NCBI GenBank assembly: GCA_002269645.1 | Contig: NIVC01001884.1 | Span: forward strand, 1 to 64,000 | Direction of reading: 5' to 3' | DNA length: 64,000 bases | From: Macrostomum lignano | Taxonomy: Eukaryota | Shown here: piece after piece, positions 45,463 to 57,589 of the stretch | Numbering within the stretch: position 1 is the stretch's first letter | Layout of the letters: every line of letters begins with the position of its first letter | Notes under the pieces: model-generated | What the model was told of the DNA's origin: nothing | The model's database searches: none | Seen by the model: the letters and a program-made list of their open reading frames with translations, nothing else | Translations under genes and position numbers: made by a program

Positions 45463-45870
45463 GTCTGGACTAAGCTTTCTGCATACGGCCCTATGTTTTA
45501 ATGCATTATATTTATCTTGCCCGGGTGATAAACGAGTTTATTTCCCGCTAGCCGGGGGGAGGCAAATAAACAAACTTTATATTTGGTCATAGATAAAATC
45601 GAAATTTACCGCAAATTACACAGATTGAACAAGGAAAAGTAACAAAACAATTACGTAAATTTGTCAATAATAAGTTAATATTAAGTTACTTTTGATTTGA
45701 CGAATGATAGTAAATCCTAATTCTAGGATAATTACTCGAAACTAATAACTACACTGTTGGTCTCACCGTTGACATCAATCCGCATCTTCTTTTTAGTAGG
45801 AATATCCGCATCTCGCTGCACTATAAGTTTCCTAGTTGGCCGCAAACTAAGAACCTTACATATGATTAAT

Positions 45871-46710
45871 AGTAACTCAAACGAGGTAGAATATGCTTGG
45901 ATGTTATTTACCGATCAACCATATAATAATATTTACTACTACATTTTCAACGTTTGTATTAATAAGTAAATAAGCAAATAAGCGAGCTACAAGCAGGGAG
46001 AATAAGTCTGAGACACTACGGTATAACTAAGCTACTCAAATACTCCTATTAATCTATTATAAATATATATATAAATTACGCCTATCTACTTGGTCTGAGA
46101 CCGATACGCTACTATTCATAAATCTATAGTCATGGCAGTGCTCAGTCTTACCCTCAGGTCACAGGTGTCTGCAGAAGCGGTCGTCGTGATTTGCAAACTA
46201 TTAAGCAATCCAAAAGTTAATACAAAGCGTGTAAAAGAGAGCGAAAAGAGAGTGAAAAAAGGGTAAAGTTTTTAGCATTTAACCCCTCGCTTATTTATAG
46301 TAAACTTCCCCGATGAAGTCCCTGTAAAACTGTCTGCGTTATCATTTCCCACGTCTTCCAGCCACCGCGCAATTCCGGCCGATTCTCACGGTTCCCCTTT
46401 CTCGTGCGATTTCTGAAATGTCTCTGTTAAAAATGTAATTGAACCCCGCCCCACATAAAGGCATACAACCCCTCTAAAGTGGAAGCAGACTTTTAGGGCG
46501 GCCTGCACTCGCCCTTTGCAATGCCGTCATCAAGCACTTGTGGCTTTTTGTAAGAGTGCAGCTGTCCACAACTGCTACACTCCACCACGCTCTGATAACA
46601 ATGCAATTCCCTAATTATTGCCTAATTTAGTCCCTAATACTACTTCCTAAAATAGTCCCTAAATAGTCCCTAAGGCCTACATGCATATGAAATTGAATCC
46701 TTATATTACT
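45871..46710 (-). mobile_element. Putative 3' LTR (about 840 bp) of the env-pol Gypsy-type element
   Basis: Follows the polypurine tract GAAAAAGGGGG (46721-46711). Termini AGTAA...TTACT are inverted complements; TATA-like CTATAAATAAG near 46300. Confidence 0.6.
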
Positions 46711-46929
46711 CCCCCTTTTTCAAAATGTGGTCCCCACATTTGCATTTAGTAAAATATGGAGATGAAGAAATCATTGAGACTAGTATGAAAGCAAATAGCT
46801 GTAGGTATGAGCGAATGATTTTAATCTCGTAAAGCTTTTATCATTCTGGATATAGCGATGTAGCTCGTTCAATCTCACCTCAAAACCATCTGCGATCTTC
46901 GATTTATGTTGTCCGACTCAAATTGAGCT

Positions 46930-47304
46930 TCAGTTGTCCTCTGAGCTGTCCTCTTCAGTAGTATTCGCATTACCCTCGTTTCTTAGGAGAGAAAGTAGTT
47001 TGGTGCAGCAGATAACTATCAGCTCCCAAATAATGCGTCCCTCGCGATATTCGTCATCGTACATATCGTCAGCGAGATTGCGGAGCTCCGTCTTGTATAA
47101 ATCAATCGGCCGTGTCGGTGGCGGCTCTCTGAATTCTACTTCAGAAACTCCCGGTTCGTATAGTCTACGTGCTTCCGTTCGGATATCTTCCAAGATGGGT
47201 ATTACTCTTTCCTTATAACCCGGCAGTAGGGGGGAGAACCATTGAAAGAAATTGATCCTATGGTAGATCCATGCTCGGCGCTCAAAGTCGTTCAGGATAT
47301 TCAT
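46930..47304 (-). CDS. Orphan 124-aa ORF between integrase and PPT
   Basis: Intact ATG-to-stop ORF starting 4 nt after the integrase stop; no recognised motif. Confidence 0.5.
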   Translation of the reverse strand: MNILNDFERRAWIYHRINFFQWFSPLLPGYKERVIPILEDIRTEARRLYEPGVSEVEFREPPPTRPIDLYKTELRNLADDMYDDEYREGRIIWELIVICCTKLLSLLRNEGNANTTEEDSSEDN

Positions 47305-47308
47305 GGTT

Positions 47309-50300
47309 CTAGTTCTTGCGTGGACGCAAAGTGAATCTCTTACAAGCTGATTCCTCTGTTACTTCTGTCTGCGTGGCGTTGGATTTGTGCAATCTGATTT
47401 TATGCGCATCATGTGTTGTGTTGCCATTGGTTTCTTCAGAGAATGGTGGAACTGCTATTGGTGGGCCTGACAATAGTCTCTTCAGCCTATTAGCGTTCAC
47501 TAGTCTGGCTTCGTCTTTAAACGTATCGTTTAAATTCTGAATTGCAACAGTTGAATCACCAATTATCTTCTGAACTTTAAATGGTCCTTCATAATTGGTA
47601 TCGAATTTTCCTTCCTTTACCGGCTTTTCTAAGTAGACAATATCTCCTTCCGATAATCTATGATTTCTTCGTCCTTTGTTTGCTTGCGCACTCTGTCGCA
47701 ACCGCTCTTGGAGCAAGAAGTGCCCTGCAATGTCCCAGCTTAGCTTCAGCGAGCTAGCTAATTTTTTGACGTAACTAGGAGATTCATCATATACTGACAC
47801 TTGTTCGTTCAGAACCTTCTCTGTTGGTGTTCTGTATTCATGTCCAAAAATAAGCTGATATGGCGAAGTGCGAAGGTTCTTGTTATAACTGATATTTAAT
47901 GCTAGGACTGCTGTTGGAACATATCTAGCCCACTCGGTCTGAGTGTCATGCACGTATGCAGTTAGGACATTCTTGAGAAGTTTGTTGTAGAGTTCCACCG
48001 GATTCGCGTGAGGTGTGTAATAGCTGGTGTACACTATCTCACATCCTATCATATCCGCCATCTCCTTCATCTGCACACTCGTGAAGTAACTGCCATTATC
48101 CGTCACTATCTTCCTTGGAATACCGAATGTGGCGAAGATATGACTGAACAATTTGTTTACAAGCACTTCCGTTGTTGGTTTTCGAATCGGAATTGCAAAA
48201 GCAAATTTTGAGAAGCAATCCTGCACTGTCAATATGTAATTAAATTCATGTCCTTCAACTTCTGACGTTACGAGCTTTCCAATGATATCCATTGACATCG
48301 TATCCCAAGGCTCCCCTTGGATCTGAGCCTTGAATGGAATTTTATACGTCCCCGACCGCTTTGTACTCAAACACATGTGTGACAACTTCTTACGTACTTC
48401 TGCATGTCCTGCCGCATTGAATTCCAATAGTAATGTCGCGCCATGCGCTCCAAACATTTCTGCCATCCGAGATGTCCTGATAATTTATCCTCATGATAAT
48501 GTCGTAACAGTGCGAGCTGATACACTTTTGGAACAACCAATTGGACTCCAGTAATGCTTTCCCGATACAGCGTGTTTCCTTCCATCCTGTACTGATGAAT
48601 ATTCTTCCTGATAAATCTATCCTCTTTCGATTTCCCATTCGGTAAGTCTCCACCCTCCATCACCTTAATCAATTTGCTCAGAGAGGAGTCTTTCCTCTGT
48701 TCTTGCTGTATCTTCTGTGTCGATGGGACAGGATGTATTAAGTTGATTTCGTCTACATCTGCTGGTGTAAGTCGGCTTAAATAATCAGCAATTGCATGCT
48801 TCGTCGAGCTTCCAGGACAGTAAGTTATCTTCATCTGGTATTCAGAAAGAAACAGAACTGATCTCGTTACTCGTGAGTTTGTTTCCATAATACCTCTATC
48901 TTTTATTATCGTCAGCAACGGCTTGTGATCGACTTGCACCGTAAATCGAGCTCCAAAGAGTAGCCTGTGAAAGAATTTTACTGCTGAAACAACTGCCAGT
49001 AGTTCCCTCTCGGTGACTGAATAGCGAGTTTCTGCCGATTGTAATGTCTTGGAATAATAGGATACAACTCTCTCTCTTCCTTCATCATCCTTTTGCGTCA
49101 AAACTGCTCCCAATGCGACATCTGATGCATCTGTTACTAGTTTATATTCTTTTCTTACGTCTGGAAAAGCTAACACGACGTCTTCTTGTAAACATCTCTT
49201 CAGACGATCAAAAGCCTCTTGACACTTTTCTGTCCAAGTGAATTTCTTTGGCTGTGATTTCTTTCGCAGAAGCTGATATAATGGAGCCGAAATCATGCTA
49301 AAATTTTTCACATGTCTGCGGTAAAATGTCGCAGCTCCCAAGAATCTTTGCAACTGTTTTTCGTTCTTGGGTGTGGGAAAGTCAATTATTTTTGTCCTTA
49401 GGCCCTGCTGCATCGCGATGCCAGATTTACTTAGCACAAAGCCTAAATACGGCACTTTGTCCTTGGCAATTGCAGACTTCTTAGCTGATAGTTTCAGTCC
49501 CAAATTGCGCAGTCGCGTGAACAAATCTTTTCAAGCTTTATGCATCTCGTTGAACGTGCTCCCTGTAAGCAGTAGATCATCAACGTATCCGATAGTATTT
49601 TTGAGACCGGCAACCACCATATTTTTCACCTTTGACATATATATCGGACTAATATTTAATCCTTGTGGTAGGCGCGTAAATTGATATTGCGAACCTGTAT
49701 ACGTCGTGAAGGCGGTTAGATGTCGACTATCCTCATCCAATCCAATATTAAAGAATGCATCCTTAATGTCAAAAACACAAAAATACTTCGTGTTCTGTAG
49801 TCGGCTCATCATGTCCTGGATTTTTGGAAGACTCTGAGCAGGTTGCCTGAGCATGCGATTTACTAGTCAAAAGTCAACTATAAATCTGAAGCGGCCATCT
49901 TTCCTTTTCACAAGAAGCGTTGGCGATGAAAAACAGGAGTCCGACGGTTCGATTACCTTTGCCTTGAGCAATTTAGCGATCTCATCGTCATATGCAGATT
50001 CTAGCTTCATTGGCAAAGGATAGGGTCTCCGATTGATTATTCCTTGGCCTGGTTTAACCTCCAATTTGACGCTTGGTCCTGTCCATTTCCCAATATCCGA
50101 ATCATGTCCGGAAAACACGTCAGAGTATTCCAATATAAGTCTATGCAGTTCTTATGTCTGTTGCTGATTCAAATCTTCGCCTTTTTCTATCAGATTCCAT
50201 TTTTCTTCTGGGGTTAGCCTCTCCTTTTCTTCTGTACAGATATAATCGTGCTGTGCCGCTTGCTCCACCAAGTCCCTTGTTCGACCAAGCTTCGTTCCTC

Positions 50301-50900
50301 TAACCAGCTGAATTTCTTCTTGACGATGATTCATTATAGGAAGAACCATTTGATCATGCTCAAATTTGATCATGGAAGAACCATTGTGGTTCACCAAAAC
50401 TGGCCACATTTCGTATCCATTTCCTTCAGCATTGAATTCATTCGGTTCGATCCATAAAGTTCCTCGATCCACTTGTGCCAAAATTTTGACTGGTACTTTC
50501 ATCACACTATGCGCAGGAATTCTAATATTCTCGAGGAGTGCCACTTCGTGTGATTCCTGTTGTTCGACTGACCCTACCATCGGGTATTCGTATTTATGGA
50601 TCACTATCTTCCTGTTTCCGTAATCTATTTGGACTGGAAGAATATTCTTTAGAAGGTTTACTCCCAGTATTATGTCATAGCTTGGATTCATTTCTTTGAT
50701 GATCTGAACTTCGACCATATGCTGTTTTCCTCCTATCTCTAAGTGAATTGTACCTCTTCCTATGAACTGAAGCTGGGAATTTCCCACTCCTACTGCAATT
50801 ATATCACTCCTGTTCCAATCTTTTACTGATCACAGTCAGCGTCGCTCCTGTATCGATCAAGGTATGTACCCTCTTCGTCCTTGTGGTGTCACAACCGGTA
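47309..50900 (-). pseudogene. Ty3/Gypsy pol (PR-RT-RNase H-IN), several frameshifts
   Basis: PR LIDTGA (50843-50860); RT RRPYPL, DIKDAF, LPQG, YVDD; RNase H TDASD, ERELLAVV, VDHKPL; IN H..GH...CHTC, SMDIIG, TDNG, NPVE, YEGPF. Confidence 0.95.
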
Positions 50901-53900
50901 AAGTTATTATGGATTTCATAACACTCCCCAAGGTGAATATCGAATGCTGTTTCCTTATTTGTTTCTCACTAGGGGGTATCGGAATGGTTGTCTCTGCTTG
51001 TGGTGCTTGAACTCCAGTCAGATTAACAGTAACATAATTTTCTGTTGGCAAGTTCGGAACCACATCTGTGTGCTGCTGTATAGCCGCTTCTTGTTTCTTT
51101 GATAGTGCAATTCTTCCTGTCCTTTGCACATAAAAGAATTTTATTATTCGCAGAATTATATAGATCCACACAATTGCGCATGTTGTCGTAATAAACAGAC
51201 TGTAGAAACTGATATGGAAACCAAAAGTCGCTCGAAAAAGCATTCCGAAAAGTCCGTTAGCTAGCTGCAGTGGCGAAAAATCTGCTAACCAACTCATATC
51301 AGTCCCATTTTCTGGTTCACCTACGACTCCAAATGTGTGTAAAAGTACGTTATTGTTCTCTACGAATATAGCATTTTGCAGTCAAGTTTGAACTGCGGGC
51401 ATTCAAATTAGACAAGAAGGGAAGAGCCAAATTTCAGAATCCGTCCCTAAGTCAAGCAGAACTTTATGTCTGTGGCACAAACTGAAACACACTGACGGGC
51501 ACTCAATTTAGACAACGGGCATTCAAATTAGACAAGCAGCGGAAAGTCTGTGTGCCAGAGAGAAAGACCATGGACAATCCGATTCGTCGCTATGCAAGAA
51601 TTTCCAGAGAGAAGCGTGACCTCATTATTGGGGCATGCCAACGTGGTGACTCTGTGGCTGAAATTGCCAACATGTTGGATGTCAAGAGATCATCAGTGTA
51701 CAACATCTGGAACAAGTTTGTTCAGGATGGCCAGCGATACGCGCTACCAAGGGGAGGAGCCAGGCACCGTCGAATGAATCCTCCAATGAAGGACCATCTG
51801 GCCGCCTTGTTGAATGCCAACCCTCTGATGACACTCGGGCAAATGCGGGAATCGCTTCTGTCTGAGTTTCCCACAATACCAACGATTGACATTTCAACAG
51901 TCTCTCGAGCAGAAATCTGAACTCCTGAAGTTCAGAGAGAATTGGCTGTTCCGCCTCCTGACATGACTGCCGTTCAATGGAGACTGATGGTGCTGCAGAG
52001 GTGCGGGGAAATCGCGATGGATGACGTGACTCCACTGAAGTGCGTTCACTGGTATCAGCACACGCTCCGCTTCATCCCACGCTGTCTGGCAAATGAAGAC
52101 ATCGTTTGAATTCTCTATCAGATGAGACTCTTGTGAGACTCTTGTTCATTGATGTGCTGAGCACCCTGTTTTGTTTGTTCACACATGCTTACTTTGTTAT
52201 AACTTGTTCTTATCTTCATAGTTCAGGGTTCACAGAATGGTTGTCTGACAACAGACGCAACACGATCTTGAATTGCCCAGCCAATGCGCCTGAGAACTTG
52301 TCTAATTTGAATGCCCCTTGTCTAAATTGAGTGCCCACCAGTGTGATTTTGTCTAGGCCATAGATAGCATTTGTGCCAGCAGTGAGATCTGGTCAAGCGT
52401 CTAATTTGAATGCCCGCAGTTCAAACTTGACTGCAAAATGCTATAAATCCAACAAGTCAGCAAGGTGGATTGGCGTTCGAAGGTCACTTATCTGCACATC
52501 TGCGATAGGATGATACACTCCTGTCGTTGTCTTAATAGTTAAAGGCTGAAAGTCACTTCCTAAAGATAAGACATGCACTTCATTTTCCATCCGTGCCACT
52601 GTTCGTTTTTGTCGACTTCGAATGGGTCACCTTCGATTGAGACGTAATATGGAATCACATTTTTACATGCTTCTTTGTGAACATCTGCTGTGATTATTTT
52701 TGTTTTCGTGTTCAAAAATGCCTTTATCGTTTCATTTTTCTCATTAAACTGGACTGGTGGTTGCGCATAACAAGCGTCACGTCGTGCTTCATGAGGCAAG
52801 AATGTTATGTTGAAAATCTTCTTGCACGGGTACACCACAACGAATTCTCGGGTCACTACTGCCTCAATTTCTTCTTTTCCAATTATTCTCCTCATCACCT
52901 TTGTCGGGCTATTAATTAATGACAATCGTAGATTCTTCACTGTGGCCTTGAAATTCTGACAAGCAAGTTTTATCGTATTACGTTCCAATTTTCGTAATCT
53001 CTGCAATTCCTTAATCTCCACAGCTTCAAATTCAGCGGCGATCATTGAAGCCGATTCTAGTTCGAACTCAAGACTTCTTTTCTTCGTTGCCTTTAGATCG
53101 GTCGACTCTAGTGAAGACATCTTATTCCTTTTCAGTTTGCTTTTCATCAACTTCCTGAATAGCTTTGTCTTGCTGGAACTCTGTTTCTTGTGTGCTTGAT
53201 GCGCAATTATTAGGCGTAGTCTCTCTGTATCTGACTCGTCTGATGCCAATTGGATGTAAACGCCTTGCTCAGCTCTAAATAAAGTTATGTTCACTTCACT
53301 GCAATTTAGTGTACGTTCGACAGGTCGTTTAGCGAACTGGAATGCCATCGTTTGATCATCCGACATGAGAAACGTTGAATGTAGAAATCCTTCCTTAGTT
53401 GAAAGGGCAATAATTCACAACTCCGATTTTTCTCCACTTGCCAGACCATCGTGAATGCTCTTTCACCTTCGTAATACAAATAATGAACATCCGATTTTTG
53501 GGCTGATTCTATCTGCATCGATTCCCAAGGAGGGTGCTTATTCATGACTGCCATAGGCAAGGCCATCACTTTGTCAATAGGCATCCGCATCTCACACATT
53601 CCTGACCTGTAAGCGCATTCTTCGATCCGGAATTTCATGCTACTCATTGCTCCATTCCGTAAATAGAATTTTATTCCTGTCATCACGGAATCTACTGTGC
53701 CGACATTCGTCCCTACCGCTCCTGGAAAGCTTATCCATTTTATCTTTGGTGCAGAATCTGTCCTGTATAACGTAGATCCATCATTACTCCATACCTCGTG
53801 TAATTCTCCGATGCTTGATTTCCTTTCTTCATGCCATCGCTTGCAGTTCTCACTTAAAACCTCATGGGGTGTAACCTTGAAGACAATGCTGTGGTGGATA

Positions 53901-54430
53901 TTCATCACTGTTCCCCACCACTTTGCTTCCACACGAATCTCTTCTCGATGACATACAACCATTTTCCCATTGAATGTTTGCGTATTCGGCTTAAATATCG
54001 TAAAGTTAATGTGCTCTGCACTATTCTGGTTCCTGTTTAATTCTGGACAGGTGATTTCTTCTGGAAGTCGGAATACCTGCTGTCCGACCGATCGGTCACA
54101 GACTAGTCCGTAGGTCATTTGATTCGACGCAGAGCCTTGCAACTCGGTCTCGGCCCGAACTCCTCCTAGGCTTAAAAGCATGAAGACGAAAAGGAAAATT
54201 ATCTTCCATGACCATCGCTCCGCTGTCCGAGGTTTCATTTCCATGACGTTAATTTCTGGGAACTCAAGAAGCTGAAGTTCCTCATTACCACCGGTCTGCT
54301 CATACTCATGCGCAGAATCTGTTCCTCCGACTGCACCTTGCGCGTCAACCACATTCACTCCTGCTCCTCTTCCTCTTCCGACAGTTCCTCGGCCTCTATT
54401 GATTGATTCCTCGGCCTCGGCCTCTATAAC
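50900..54430 (-). pseudogene. Env-like class III (gB-like) fusion glycoprotein upstream of pol, interrupted by a Tc1 element
   Basis: Hydrophobic signal KIIFLFVFMLLSLGGVRA|E (about 54205-54152), a Cys-rich ectodomain with N-glycosylation sequons, the segment LACQ...NSPTKVMRRIIG...VVYPC...CYAQPPVQF, and a TM segment at about 51215-51150. One frameshift near 53370. Confidence 0.75.
51369..52443 (+). mobile_element. Tc1/mariner-IS630 element, internally deleted (HTH retained, DDE core lost)
   Basis: 45-bp TIR TAGCATTTTGCAGTCAAGTTTGAACTGCGGGCATTCAAATTAGAC, TA TSD (51367-68 / 52444-45); ORF 51552-51920 has a paired-like HTH and a PRGG linker. Confidence 0.92.
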
Positions 54431-54449
54431 CCTTCGTTTGCTTGAAAAT

Positions 54450-57400
54450 TTAAAGGCGATATTTTATCTCAGCAAACTTATATTTAGTCTTAAACTCCTC
54501 ACTTTTCAGATATAAATTGGCTTTATAAATGTGTTTCTCATGATAAGTGATGTCGGTATCTTTTGTATATTTGCATGGGTAATTAATATTTATAATTCGT
54601 CTTCTTTCTGCATCTCCAATATTTTGTCTAAAATCAGGCCTGTTATTACATTCGACTATTAGGGTTGCGTGTGAAACAACATTACACTGGCTTGAATAAC
54701 CCCACCACCAGTTAGTAATTTTATTGATGCATTGTTCAAGACACCACTTACTTTTTGACTGATAACCAACCTCTTTTATTAATTTGTGCTAGGGCTGGTT
54801 GTGGCTTGTCTATTTTTATTGGTAAATTTAAACACCAGGACTCAGTGGTGCTGCATAATCAGGTCCTAGAGTTCTAAGAAGTAGTTTGTCATCAACCCCC
54901 TTGCCATTTCCCCCAGCGCCATCGAAAATTATAAAATTTTCAACATTCTTACCCATTAGAGCTGTGGCTATAGCTCGTTACGGATGCCCAACTCTTTCTG
55001 TTTTCTAGATTTGGATGAATCTGATTGTGTAGATTAACAATGAAGTTGTAGTCCTCGTCACTCACTTCAAGTACATCCGAGTAATTATATCCAACATACT
55101 TAGTAACATAGTCGTTATATCTATGCTTGCGAAATTCGCCAGTTAGATCATATACTCCATCGCCAAACCCTAGCAAATTCCATTTCATGTCAAATTCAAG
55201 TTCATTGTTAGCAAACCTCTCAAATTGAACAAAGTAGTTACCTGTTTGAGTTTGTTGGCTCCTTGTATTGAATTTATATTCTTCATTGTACTCTGTAGTT
55301 TCTTTTCAAGTGCTTTTAACTTCTCTTTATCATCACCCTTAATTGCAATTTCGAGTCTAGTCTTTCGGTGGTTTAACTCACTGCTAGCAAAGTCTGATAT
55401 TTTAAGAAATATGCCATTTATACTACTTAGTTCTCTCCACCCGTCGTCATCAAAATAGTAAATACCATCGCTATTATAAATGAAGTACTTATGGTTGTCT
55501 CGGGGTTGTCTCGAAGTGGCCTGGTAGGTCTTTGAATCCCACCGCTGCCACCAGTGTTGTACTTGTGCTTCTCCTGCTGTCCAGCACAGTGGTTTGGGCT
55601 CTCCGTCTTCTCACTCGGAAGCATTCTTAACTCTCAGTAGCGTAGGTAGTGCTGCCACCAGTTCATTTAGGTCTCGGCCTTCGATGAGGTGAGCTTCCCG
55701 TTGGAACGAAATAACGAAGTCAACGAACTCAGCACCGTGTGCAGATTTGCAGCTCAACGTAACAGGCGTCTCGTCAGCAGTACCTGCCGGGCTTCGTGGG
55801 TGAAGGGAGGGCTGTGTTAGCCTCTCGTAGGCTCGGGTTTGGCTTTAGTAGGGTCTCAGTCAGACCAATAGCAGAGAACTCAATGTACGCAGACACTTAG
55901 AGAACGGGTGACTCAGGCTCAGACAATAGCGCACACGGGATCTTAACAGATTCTCTGAAGACTAGAAACTCGAGAAACTAGAAGCTCCTTGACGGAAACA
56001 AGGGGAAACGAGTCCTATTTATAGCCAGGATTCTCCCGCGCACAAGACCTCGTTACTTGTTCTATTTTTAGAACTGACGTCACTTGAGGTCTCCGGACAG
56101 AGTGCGCCAGGCTGTGACTCAGTGGCTATTTTTAGCAACATGAGTCACTCCTCTCAGAGAAGGGAAGGGCCTTAGGCACGTGATTCTCCCGGTAAACAGG
56201 ACCAGCGAGTGCAGTAAACATGTTTACTGTACTTTAAGACTCCAAGAACGCAAGATCTGTCATATGACAGAGGAAAACGAAAGGGGAACAAAACAGAGAC
56301 AGCCCCCAGCAGAGAGGCTGAGGGCTGAGAACAGAGGCGCAGTAAACGAGCAGAACAGGAAAAGGGGGCAACAAACAGACAGACAAGGGAGGCGGGAAGC
56401 TGACCAGCGGCAGACAGCAACCCAGGGCGAGGACGAGGGCGAGGGAACTGCTGACAAAAGGGGGATGCCTAACATTTAACTAGCGGCTCACTACATAAAT
56501 GATATTGTTCTTCTTATATGCCTAAACAAATTGGTAATGTTAACGTCAGTGAAATTATCATCAAGATACTCAATCCTACCATAGTTATCATATTTGCTTT
56601 TCCATTCCTTATATTTACCATAGTTTTCTTTACTGCCCGTTTATTTAGTGTACCTATTGTAAGTAATCCTCCTGTGCATCAGCAGAGCTGGCACTGGTGC
56701 TATTCCACACCTTTTTACATGACTCGGAATCAAACACATCATAATTTGCTTTTGACCAATCAGTGAATACTTTGTACATTTCATTGCTACTGTCTATGTT
56801 GCGGAGTATGAGTGCTACCTTGTACCTCGATTGATAATCTTAGGTTTTTGTGCTGCATTATACTTTGAAATATTTGAAATAACAACTTTGAAATTCCGTC
56901 ACAGTTGGGGGTGGAACGGTGCTTTTTAGTGCCTCTTTTTCGGATTCTTGGTTTTCTTTTTTATCCTGTGGCTTAATTAATCTATTTATCTCATCAAGAA
57001 TTTCATCTGGCATGTCTATTAACCCTTTGGGCTTTATATTTTTGTATTCCTTAATTTCACCATCGACATAAAAGAAACCTGGTGGAGCAAATAACAAAGC
57101 TGATTTATCAAAACCCACGCTTTTTTGAAGTGTTACTTTCAGTCGATCTACCTTCTTTAAGTAAAGGTGATGCCCCTTGTTTGTTTCTACAATCCAATCA
57201 CAATGATTCATACATAATTTATTCAACTCAGGGCATAGGTCAGCTTTATCAATATCGATGACAGAAATATTTGAGTTTTTCGTATCTACGAGCTATCCAA
57301 ATCATGTCTTCATCTGGTCGAAGTGGTAGGGAGTTTGAATTCCTTTGTGCTTTAGTTGGCATTCCTTGCGGTATTTCTTCGTCTTACTATTCCATTTTAT

Positions 57401-57510
57401 ACTGCAATTTCCGAATCTAAAATTAAGTTTTCCATAGAGGTTAGTTAGTGTATTATACAACTTTGTTTGTTCTCAATTTCTCAACCTTGGTGGTGGTGCA
57501 TAATGGTTTT
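54450..57510 (-). pseudogene. Viral-type PrimPol + D5/SF3 helicase gene relic, split by an LTR-like insert
   Basis: PrimPol SVIDID...VETNKGHHLY (about 57300-57150); D5_N-like NLLGFGDGVYDL...YVTKYVGYNY (55188-55080); Walker A GAGGNGKG (about 54910); IKLLTGGG, ECNNRPDF, DAERRRI. Confidence 0.8.
55496..56474 (-). mobile_element. Solo-LTR-like insert (about 970 bp)
   Basis: GC-richer block with minus-strand termini TGTTAG...GAGACA and TATA-like CTATAAATAG; the primase-helicase frame resumes on both sides. No TSD found. Confidence 0.55.
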
Positions 57511-57589
57511 GACGCGAATCCTGTACGATCGCAGGAGAGACACTTGAATCGTTTTGATTTTTTCCTTCCATTTTATTTAAAATAAATTT

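Larger units (their letters stand above)
41731..45491. mobile_element. MITE (about 190 bp on its own; PIF/Harbinger-like) hosting the P element
   Basis: Perfect 19-bp TIR GGGCCGTATGCAGAAAGCT (41731-41749 / 45473-45491) with a 3-bp TSD TAT on both sides. Confidence 0.8.

Noticed and set aside
50857-50940. Programmed -1 frameshift between Env and protease
   Set aside because: The shift is -1, but there is no canonical X XXY YYZ slippery heptamer in the overlap and the element has many other indels, so mutation or sequencing error is more likely.
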